NCBI GenBank assembly: GCA_024401165.1 | Contig: JAKSLN010000001.1 | Location: 1,446-65,445 of the forward strand | Direction: 5' to 3' | Length of the DNA stretch: 64,000 bases | From: Bacteroidaceae bacterium | GTDB lineage: Bacteria; Bacteroidota; Bacteroidia; Bacteroidales; Bacteroidaceae | Shown here: in pieces, positions 8,077 through 15,741 of the stretch | Layout: every line of letters starts with the position of its first letter | How positions within the stretch are numbered: the first letter of the stretch is position 1 | Program-made: the position numbers and the translations under genes | The notes under the pieces: model-generated | Told to the model about the DNA's origin: nothing | The model's database searches: none | Seen by the model: only the letters and a program-made list of their open reading frames with translations

Positions 8077-9024
8077 ATGGAATATAGAGATCTTGGAAAA
8101 ACCGGACTGAAGATATCCAGTCTGAGTTTTGGCGCTTCGTCGCTTGGCAGCGTTTTCCGCGAAACGCGTGAGCAGGAATCGATCGAGGCCGTCTTTGCTG
8201 CCATCGAGGGTGGCATCAACTTCATTGACGTGAGTCCCTACTACGGCCACTACAAGGCCGAGACGGTGCTGGGCAAGGCGCTTCGCCAGTTGCCTCGCGA
8301 CAAGTACTACCTCTCTACCAAGGTGGGCCGATACGGAAAGGACGGCGTGAACACCTGGGACTACAGCGGCAAGCGCGCCACCGAGAGTGTGTACGAGAGC
8401 ATGGAGCGACTGGGCGTGGACTACATCGACATCATCAACGTGCACGACATTGAGTTCCAGGCAGCTCTGCCCGGCGGTCTGCAGAAGGTGGTGGACGAGA
8501 CGCTGCCTGCCCTCGTGGAACTGAAGAAAAAAGGCGTGGTGGGTCACGTGGGCATAACGGACCTGCAGCTTAAGAATATCAAGTGGGTCATCGACCATTG
8601 CGAGCCTGGCACCGTGGAGAGCGTGCTGAACTTCTGCCACTACTGCCTGAACGACGACGAGCTGGTGGACTACCTGGACTACTTCGAGGAGCGTGGCATC
8701 GGCATCATCAACGCATCGCCCCTGAGCATGGGACTGCTGAGCCAGCGCGGCGTGCCCGACTGGCATCCTGCACCAAAGCCACTCGTAGAAGCATGCCAGA
8801 AGGCGAGCGCCTTCTGCACAGAGCAGGGCTATCCCATCGAGAAGCTGGCCGTGCAGTTCAGTGTCAACAATCCTCGCGTCATCAGCACCCTGTTCAGCAG
8901 CGCCAATCCCGAGAACGTGAAGCGCAACATTGCCTGGGCAAGCGAAGCTCCCGACATGGAACTCGTCAAGAAGGTGCAGGACATCATCGGCGACCAGAAG
9001 CGCGTGAGCTGGGCAAACAGCTAA
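8077..9024 (+). CDS. Aldo/keto reductase, L-galactose (or L-fucose) 1-dehydrogenase-like
   Basis: 315 aa. AKR N-terminus MEYRDLGKTGLKISSLSFGASSLG and FIDVSPYYG. Assigned by context with the lactonase, Zn-ADH, UxaB and UxaA genes. Confidence 0.7.
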   Translation: MEYRDLGKTGLKISSLSFGASSLGSVFRETREQESIEAVFAAIEGGINFIDVSPYYGHYKAETVLGKALRQLPRDKYYLSTKVGRYGKDGVNTWDYSGKRATESVYESMERLGVDYIDIINVHDIEFQAALPGGLQKVVDETLPALVELKKKGVVGHVGITDLQLKNIKWVIDHCEPGTVESVLNFCHYCLNDDELVDYLDYFEERGIGIINASPLSMGLLSQRGVPDWHPAPKPLVEACQKASAFCTEQGYPIEKLAVQFSVNNPRVISTLFSSANPENVKRNIAWASEAPDMELVKKVQDIIGDQKRVSWANS

Positions 9025-9033
9025 GACAGAACT

Positions 9034-9927
9034 ATGGATTATATAATCGACGCGCATAGCCACTTGTGGCTGAAGCAAGACACAATGGTGGACGGCCTGG
9101 CCGTCAAGACGCTGGAGGGCAATTCGTCCCGCTCGATGTTTCTGGGCGAGGAACGCCAGATGCTGCCTCCCTTCATGATAGACGGCGTGAACTCCGCCGA
9201 GGTGTTCCTCTCGAACATGGACTACGCTCAGGTTGCGGCGGCCGTGGTCGTACAGGAGGTCATCGACGGCAACCAGAACGCCTATCTGACCGAGGTGCAG
9301 AAGAAGTATCCCAACCGCTTTTGCTGCATGGGCATGGCCAACTCGCTCGAAGAGACGATGGCCGTGAAGGCAGCCGGACTGAAGGGTGTTGCCATCCCGG
9401 GACACCGACTGAAGAACTCGCTCCTGGAGTGGATGCCCATGTTTCAGTACATGGAGCGTGAGGGCATGATACTGTCCATGTGCCTGGGTGAGGATCCCCG
9501 CCAGATTGCCGAGATGGCCGAGGTCATCCAGCAATGTCCCAACCTGAAGGTTGCCATCGGGCACTTCGGCATGGTGACGACACCCATCTGGGAGAGTCAG
9601 GTGCGCCTGGCCAACGAAGGACCTAATGTAACAGTTGAGTCGGGTGGCATTACCTGGTTGTATAACAGCGAGTTCTACCCCTATCCATCTGCCATACGCA
9701 GCATTCGCGAAGCCGCAGACATGGTTGGTTGGGACAAACTGATGTGGGGTAGCGACTACCCACGCACCATCACAGCCATCACCTACCGAATGAGCTACGA
9801 CTTCGTCTGCAAGTCGACCGAGCTGACCGACGAGCAGAAGGCACTCTTCCTGGGCGAAAATGCCAAGAAGTTCTACGGCTTTGGCGAGCTGGTGGACCTA
9901 CCTTATATTAAGAATATGTCAGAATAA
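9034..9927 (+). CDS. Amidohydrolase-superfamily sugar lactonase (L-galactono-1,5-lactonase-like)
   Basis: 297 aa. N-terminal IIDAHSHLW metal-binding HxH motif and a C-terminal WGSDYP motif, typical of COG3618-type lactonases. The start is 9 nt after the AKR stop. Confidence 0.65.
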   Translation: MDYIIDAHSHLWLKQDTMVDGLAVKTLEGNSSRSMFLGEERQMLPPFMIDGVNSAEVFLSNMDYAQVAAAVVVQEVIDGNQNAYLTEVQKKYPNRFCCMGMANSLEETMAVKAAGLKGVAIPGHRLKNSLLEWMPMFQYMEREGMILSMCLGEDPRQIAEMAEVIQQCPNLKVAIGHFGMVTTPIWESQVRLANEGPNVTVESGGITWLYNSEFYPYPSAIRSIREAADMVGWDKLMWGSDYPRTITAITYRMSYDFVCKSTELTDEQKALFLGENAKKFYGFGELVDLPYIKNMSE

Positions 9928-10045
9928 AGAAGAAATAAACAAATAAGAGTTTAATCGAGAACTCGAAGGATTGAAAATCTGAAAACTCAAGAATTCGAGA
10001 GATTGGACATCGAAAAAATAGAAAAAAATAACCAAAGAAGAAAAG

Positions 10046-11071
10046 ATGAAAGCAATACAGATTCCCGGACTTCAGAAGATAGAAGTCATCGATATTCCCC
10101 AGCCTGCCGCACCTGCCGCCGGCGAGGTTCTCATCCGCCTGCAGTATGTAGGCTTTTGTGGTTCAGACCTCAACACATTCCTTGGTCGCAACGGCATGGC
10201 CAAGGAAAACGTCATCCCCGGCCACGAGGTAGGAGCCGTCATCGAGGCAGTAGGTGCCGGTGTGCCCGAGACGCTCAAGCCCGGCATGCAGGTCACCGTC
10301 AATCCTTACACGAATTGTGGTCACTGTGCCTCTTGCCGCAACGGCCGTGTCAACGCCTGCCAGCACAATGAGACGCTGGGCGTGCAGCGCGATGGTGCCA
10401 TGCGCGAACTGATGATTCTGCCCTGGCAGAAGATCATCCCGGCAGAGGGTCTGGCGCCAAAGACCTGCGCACTCATCGAACCCATGAGCGTTGGCTTCCA
10501 TGCCGTAGACCGTGCCCAGGTAACCGACATCGACACCGTCATGGTGATTGGTTGTGGCATGGTGGGACTGGGAGCCATCGTACGTGCCGTGCTGCGTGGT
10601 GCCACCGTCATCGCCACCGACCTGGACGACGAGAAGCTCAGTCTGGCCAAGCGTCTGGGCGCTCAATACACCATCAACACGAAGACGGAGGATGCACACG
10701 CTCGCTTGGCAGAGCTGACGGCCGGACTGGGACCCGACGTCATCGTGGAGGCTGTAGGCAGCGTTCCCACCTATCAGCTGGCTGTCAACGAAGTTGCCTT
10801 CACCGGTCGCATCGCATGCATCGGCTATGCCAAGTCGGACGCCGAACTGCCCACTCGCCTGTTCGTCCAGAAGGAACTTGACGTCCGTGGCAGCCGCAAC
10901 GCCATGCCCAGCGACTTCCGCGCCGTCATTCAGTATCTGCAGCGTGGCACCTGTCCTGTCGACGAACTCATCTCGCGTGTCATCAAGCCCGAGGAGAGCC
11001 AGGCAACCATGGAGTACTGGATGCAGAACCCAGGCAAGGTCTTCCGCATCCTGGTAGAGATGGAAGGCTAA
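10046..11071 (+). CDS. Zinc-dependent medium-chain dehydrogenase (L-galactonate 5-dehydrogenase-like)
   Basis: 341 aa. GFCGSDLN, GHEVGAVIEAVG and the structural-zinc cysteine cluster CGHCASCRNG. GCGMVGLG Rossmann motif. Confidence 0.7.
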   Translation: MKAIQIPGLQKIEVIDIPQPAAPAAGEVLIRLQYVGFCGSDLNTFLGRNGMAKENVIPGHEVGAVIEAVGAGVPETLKPGMQVTVNPYTNCGHCASCRNGRVNACQHNETLGVQRDGAMRELMILPWQKIIPAEGLAPKTCALIEPMSVGFHAVDRAQVTDIDTVMVIGCGMVGLGAIVRAVLRGATVIATDLDDEKLSLAKRLGAQYTINTKTEDAHARLAELTAGLGPDVIVEAVGSVPTYQLAVNEVAFTGRIACIGYAKSDAELPTRLFVQKELDVRGSRNAMPSDFRAVIQYLQRGTCPVDELISRVIKPEESQATMEYWMQNPGKVFRILVEMEG

Positions 11072-11135
11072 CACCTTCAACTCCCTATACTCCATTAACT
11101 TCTTTAACTACCCTTACTCCTTTAACTACCAAAGA

Positions 11136-12380
11136 ATGAAAGATATCAAGATATTACAGTTTGGCGAGGGCAACTTCCTTCGCGCCTTCATCGACTGGAT
11201 GATGGAAGAGAATAGTGTGATGGTTGTCAAGCCCCGTCCTGGCAAGGGACTGGAACGCTTGCTTAACATCGGTTGCCGCTACCAGGTGGCCTTGCAGGGT
11301 TTGCTGGATGGCCAGGAGGTGAACACCATCGAGGAGGTGAAGAGCATCGCAGGAGCCATCAACCCCTACGAGCAGCCCGAGGCCTACTGGCAACTGGCAG
11401 AGCAGCCCACCTTGCGCTTCATCGTCAGCAACACGACGGAGGCGGGCATCGCCTTCGACGACGCATGCAAGCTGACCGACCAGCCTGCCTTGAGCTACCC
11501 TGGCAAGCTGACCCAGCTGCTCTACCATCGCTGGAAGCACTTCGGCGGCGACAAGTCAAAGGGTCTCATCATCTTGCCATGCGAGCTGATCTTCCACAAC
11601 GGCCGCGAACTGCGCAAGTGCATTGAGCAGTACATTGCCCTGTGGCAGCTGGAGGCCGATTTCGCAGCATGGATCAACGAGGCGTGCGTCATCTGCAACA
11701 CGCTCGTAGACCGCATCGTGCCCGGTGGCGAGGATTACGCCGTCGTAAAGGCCGAGCCCTACCATCTGTGGGTCATCGAGGGACCTCAGTCGCTTCGCGA
11801 GGAGCTTCCCCTTCGTCAGCAAGACTTCAACATCGTCTTCACGGACAACGAGCAGCCTTACCACCAGCGCAAGGTTACCATGCTGAACGGACCACACACG
11901 GCGCTGTCGGCCGTTGGCCATCTGGCCGGACTGGAGACCGTACGCGACTGCATGCTGCACCCCGCGATGTCTAAATATATAAATAAGGTGATGATGGAGG
12001 AGCTGCTGCCCACCGTTCCCCTGCCCAAACAGGAGATGGAGGCCTATGCCAAGGGCGTATGCGACCGTTTCCTGAATCCCTTTGTGCGTCACATGCTTAC
12101 GAGCATCATGCTAAACAACCTGGCTAAGTACCGCACGCGCGACCTTCCTTCGCTGAAGTGGCACGTGGAGCAAAAGGGACAGCTGCCCCAGGCACTTACC
12201 CTGGCACTGGCGGCCAACCTCATTTGCGCCGAGGTGCAGGACATCAAGGCCTCGCTCAGCGACACCAACCTTTGGGGCGAAGACCTCACCCAGATTCCCG
12301 GCTTGCTTAGCGCTGTCCAGCAGTATGCTGACCAAATTAAGGCAGATGGTGTACTGAAAGGAATTAAGTGTGAAGTTTGA
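11136..12380 (+). CDS. uxaB: Tagaturonate reductase (altronate oxidoreductase)
   Basis: LQFGEGNFLRAFIDW, VSNTTEAGIAF, LPCELI and TLVDRIVPG match the UxaB signature blocks as I recall them from E. coli. Confidence 0.8.
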   Translation: MKDIKILQFGEGNFLRAFIDWMMEENSVMVVKPRPGKGLERLLNIGCRYQVALQGLLDGQEVNTIEEVKSIAGAINPYEQPEAYWQLAEQPTLRFIVSNTTEAGIAFDDACKLTDQPALSYPGKLTQLLYHRWKHFGGDKSKGLIILPCELIFHNGRELRKCIEQYIALWQLEADFAAWINEACVICNTLVDRIVPGGEDYAVVKAEPYHLWVIEGPQSLREELPLRQQDFNIVFTDNEQPYHQRKVTMLNGPHTALSAVGHLAGLETVRDCMLHPAMSKYINKVMMEELLPTVPLPKQEMEAYAKGVCDRFLNPFVRHMLTSIMLNNLAKYRTRDLPSLKWHVEQKGQLPQALTLALAANLICAEVQDIKASLSDTNLWGEDLTQIPGLLSAVQQYADQIKADGVLKGIKCEV

Positions 12381-12414
12381 CTTAGGTCCCAAATTTTAAT
12401 TAGAGCTAGATATA

Positions 12415-13458
12415 ATGAATGATACAGTATCCCTCTCTAAAGCAATTGCAATTATGTCGATGGTTTTAGGTCATGCTGCATACAACACTCATATGGAACA
12501 AATAGTCAATGTCTTTCACGTTCCATTGTTTTTCTTTATGTCTGGTTATTGTTTTAAAGATATCTATATTCAAAGATCTAAGGAATTCTTTACCAAGAGA
12601 ATAAAAGGTTTATATATACCTTATGTAAAGTGGGGATTATTATTCCTTATACTTCATAATGTATTATTTAAAGTAGGCGTATATAGTGAGGAATATGGAT
12701 ATTTAGGAGTCGGAACGCATTTATATTCGATTGATGACACTTTGCATCTAGCAAAGTCCGTGTTTTTAATGAAGCATGCAGAACCGCTTCTTGGAGGATA
12801 CTGGTTTATTACATCCTTATTTGCAGCATCGATCTTGTTTTATTTTTTTCTAAGACTTTTGGGTAAGAAAAACCTCCTGAAAATAGGTGTAATACTATTA
12901 TTAGTTAGTATATTGCTAAATTATTATCGTATTTTCAAGTGGATATTTTCATATCGGGAGTTTATGGCTGCCTTTTTCATGTGGGCAGGATATATGTATA
13001 AGACAAAAAAAATGTCATTACATCGTTATAAATGTGTATATGTTTTGGGCTTGATTCTTGTTTTTTATAACTTGTTGTTTATTAAAGGATGTTCGAGCGA
13101 CATATCTTATAAATATCAAGTTCAATATATTATAAGTGCCCTTGTTTGCATCGTTTCGGTATTTGGCATATGCGAAAAACTACTTTTAAGGTGTTCTACA
13201 AAGTATATGAATCCATTATTGTTTATCGGAAATAATACATTAACAATTCTAACATGGCATTTCAGTCTGTTTATTATTGTTTCTCAAATAATAGTAGCAA
13301 TATATGGTCTTCCACAAGCGAGGATTGCAGAGTTCCCGGTAATCGAAGAAGTAAGTAAGCAAGGTTGGTATATCGCTTATTATTTGTTTTCCATTATGTT
13401 ATGCGTTTCTTTTGCTTATTGCAATAAGTACATTAAAACTCCTTTCCTTAAACTGTAG
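12415..13458 (+). CDS. Acyltransferase family 3 integral membrane protein (OafA/YrhL-like O-acyltransferase)
   Basis: 347 aa, about 10 hydrophobic segments. N-terminal LSKAIAIMSMVLGHA ... FHVPLFFFMSGY, typical of Acyl_transf_3. Strikingly AT-rich compared with the flanking uxaB and uxaA. Confidence 0.65.
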   Translation: MNDTVSLSKAIAIMSMVLGHAAYNTHMEQIVNVFHVPLFFFMSGYCFKDIYIQRSKEFFTKRIKGLYIPYVKWGLLFLILHNVLFKVGVYSEEYGYLGVGTHLYSIDDTLHLAKSVFLMKHAEPLLGGYWFITSLFAASILFYFFLRLLGKKNLLKIGVILLLVSILLNYYRIFKWIFSYREFMAAFFMWAGYMYKTKKMSLHRYKCVYVLGLILVFYNLLFIKGCSSDISYKYQVQYIISALVCIVSVFGICEKLLLRCSTKYMNPLLFIGNNTLTILTWHFSLFIIVSQIIVAIYGLPQARIAEFPVIEEVSKQGWYIAYYLFSIMLCVSFAYCNKYIKTPFLKL

Positions 13459-13498
13459 GCACGGCAGTTACTATCACTTTATCATTAATATCAATTTT

Positions 13499-14992
13499 AT
13501 GCAACTCCATCCAAACGACAACGTAGAGGTATTGCTTCAGCCGCAAGGCGAGATATCGGCAGGCCATAAGGTTGCGCTTCGCAACATCAAGAAGGGGGAG
13601 AACGTCATCAAGTACGGTTTCCCCATTGGGCATGCAACGTGCGACATTGCCAAAGGCGAGTGGGTACACTCTCATAATATCGTTACCAACCTTGAGGGTA
13701 CGCTTGAGTACAAATATTGTCCAATTAACAATGAACAATTAACAATTAACAACGAGCAGTTGCCAATTAACAATGCTCAATTAACCCCGTCCGCTTCCGC
13801 GGTAGCTTCCCCCTCCCCTTTGGGAGAGGGGGGTAGGGGGAGAGGCTTCTTCCTTGGCTACCTCCGCGAGGATGGTCGCGTTGGCGTTCGCAATGAGTTG
13901 TGGATACTGCCTACCGTAGGCTGTGTTGCCGACCTGGCAACCCGCCTCGCGGATGAAATGTCGAAGAATACGACACTCACCGTGCGTGCTTTTCCACACA
14001 CCTTCGGTTGTTCGCAGTTGGGTGATGACCATGCCAATACGCGCCAACTGCTTGCTTCTTTGGCCATGCATCCCAACGCGGGTGGAGTGTTGGTACTTGG
14101 ACTAGGATGCGAGAATAATCAAATTAATGAATTAAAACCTTTAATTGATTCATCTCGTGTTAGATATCTAATATCACAAGAAGTAGAAGATGAAGTGGAA
14201 GAGGGACTGAAAATCCTCTCCGAATTATCTCGTAATGCGGAGCGTTGCGAACGAACAGAGCAACCATTCAGCAAATTATGCATCGGTCTTAAGTGTGGTG
14301 GTAGCGATGGATTCTCCGGTATTACAGCCAATCCTTTGCTAGGTCGTTTCTCTGACCTTGTCACCTCTTTGGGCGGCACGACGGTGCTTACCGAAGTCCC
14401 CGAGATGTTCGGTGCCGAAACCATACTGATGGACCGGTGCGCCAGCCGCGAAATCTACGACAAGACGGTGCGCCTCGTCAACGACTTCAAGGAGTACTAC
14501 CTCAAGCAGGGGCTCCCCGTTGGCGAGAACCCATCGCCGGGCAACAAGGAAGGCGGCATCACCACGCTCGAGGACAAGTCGCTCGGTTGCATCCAGAAGG
14601 GCGGCACGTCAACCGTCTTCGACGTCATCGACTATGGTCATGCAGCCACGACAAGCGGTCTGAACCTGCTCTGTGCGCCGGGCAACGACTTGGTAGCCAG
14701 CACGGCCCTGGCAGCTGTCGGTTGTCAGATGGTACTCTTCACCACAGGGCGCGGCACGCCTTTTGGCACCTGTGTGCCCACCGTCAAGGTCAGCACCAAC
14801 AGCACACTCGCAACCCGAAAGCCGCATTGGGTAGACTTCAACGCCGGTGTACTTGTCGAGGGCAAGACGTTCGAGGAAGTCGTCCCCCAGTTCTGCGACG
14901 CCGTAATCAGCATTGCCAACGGAGCGCAGACCAACAACGAGAAACAAGGCTACAGCAGCATCGCCATCTGGAAGGGTGGCGTTACGCTCTGA
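13499..14992 (+). CDS. uxaA: Altronate dehydratase
   Basis: SAF-like N-domain (GHKVALRNIKKGENVIKYGFPIGHA), then VGVRNELWILPTVGCV, FGCSQLGDDH, GLKCGGSDGFSGITANPLLGRFSD, VLTEVPEMFGAE and NPSPGNKEGGITTLEDKSLGC. The ORF-track start at 13412 is TTG; the first ATG is at 13499 (MQLHPND). Confidence 0.85.
   Translation: MQLHPNDNVEVLLQPQGEISAGHKVALRNIKKGENVIKYGFPIGHATCDIAKGEWVHSHNIVTNLEGTLEYKYCPINNEQLTINNEQLPINNAQLTPSASAVASPSPLGEGGRGRGFFLGYLREDGRVGVRNELWILPTVGCVADLATRLADEMSKNTTLTVRAFPHTFGCSQLGDDHANTRQLLASLAMHPNAGGVLVLGLGCENNQINELKPLIDSSRVRYLISQEVEDEVEEGLKILSELSRNAERCERTEQPFSKLCIGLKCGGSDGFSGITANPLLGRFSDLVTSLGGTTVLTEVPEMFGAETILMDRCASREIYDKTVRLVNDFKEYYLKQGLPVGENPSPGNKEGGITTLEDKSLGCIQKGGTSTVFDVIDYGHAATTSGLNLLCAPGNDLVASTALAAVGCQMVLFTTGRGTPFGTCVPTVKVSTNSTLATRKPHWVDFNAGVLVEGKTFEEVVPQFCDAVISIANGAQTNNEKQGYSSIAIWKGGVTL
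13722..13845 (+). repeat. Composite repeat (CAATTAACAA tandem module + C-rich/G-rich hairpin module) lying in frame inside uxaA
   Basis: CAATTAACAA-type units x4 (13722-13785), then CCCGTCCGCTTCCGCGGTAGCTTCCCCCTCCCCTTTGGGAGAGGGGGGTAGGGGGAGAGG (13786-13845). Translated as INNEQLTINNEQLPINNAQLTPSASAVASPSPLGEGGRGRG. It has the same architecture as the intergenic elements at 35555-35613 and 47445-47507. Confidence 0.6.
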
Positions 14993-15250
14993 TTGTACAC
15001 TCACTTTAAGTCGTTTAGGGAACTTGTTGTTTAGTTGTTTAGGGATATTTCCAGGACACGAATCCCCTGGGACGAGTCCTTCACCTGCAACCCGTAACGT
15101 GGCAATCGGACGGCTTCCCCACAATAGGATACGACTATGACGGGAATGGAGTACATCTTTCTACTAAACATAACACCTATTGAGCGATTATATAATAACT
15201 AAAATATGAAACGACTAATAACTCTGATCCTCTCTACTACTTTGCAGAGC

Positions 15251-15293
15251 AAAAAAACGCCCCTGTTTCTCAACAGAGGCGATTTTGGTTTTT
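15251..15293. terminator. Bidirectional rho-independent terminator
   Basis: Stem CGCCCCTGTT / AACAGAGGCG (15258-15281, 1 mismatch), flanked by A7 upstream and ATTTTGGTTTTT downstream. It therefore reads as hairpin + T-run on both strands. Confidence 0.6.
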
Positions 15294-15563
15294 AGTAGAA
15301 CCTAACCATGAAAATTTAAACTAACTAACCTTAATACTAACTTTAAAACTAACCAAATTAATTCTGTCAAATACAAGCTAAGCGTCTTTCACAAGAAACG
15401 TAGCATTCTTTTTTAGACGATGCAAAATTACTAACTTATTCGTGACCAGCAAAATCGTTGCGTAACATCTACTGTCGAGGTTGAATCGTTGCGTTACATG
15501 TTCTGTCAATTTTGTTACACAACAAGTGCAACATCCATAGTTTCAATCCGTTTAGAAAAGCAA

Positions 15564-15591
15564 GAAAAGGAACACATCTGTGCTCCTTTTC
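15564..15591 (-). terminator. Probable carB terminator
   Basis: Stem GAAAAGGAACA / TGCTCCTTTTC (1 mismatch), about 150 nt after the carB stop. Followed on the minus strand by TTGCTTTTC. Confidence 0.45.
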
Positions 15592-15741
15592 TATATTTTT
15601 CGTAAAAAATTCAGCGTAAATCTCTATTCCAGGCACACTGCATGATATGGAACAAGGAACAAAAATGGACGTGAATGAACGGGAATGTTTAATTGTTCAT
15701 AGCCAAATGAGAAACTGATTATTCATTTATGCCTTTTTTGA

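Noticed and set aside
7909-9564. 551-aa minus-strand ORF overlapping the AKR and lactonase genes
   Set aside because: It is antisense to two well-supported genes in GC-rich DNA. The translation is low-complexity and rich in H, L, V, A and G. This is the typical shadow ORF produced by GC3-rich coding sequence.
15206-15295. 29-aa small ORF MKRLITLILSTTLQSKKTPLFLNRGDFGF in the carB-uxaA gap
   Set aside because: Its 3' half is the bidirectional terminator hairpin itself. There is no supporting promoter or conservation evidence, so it is more likely non-coding.
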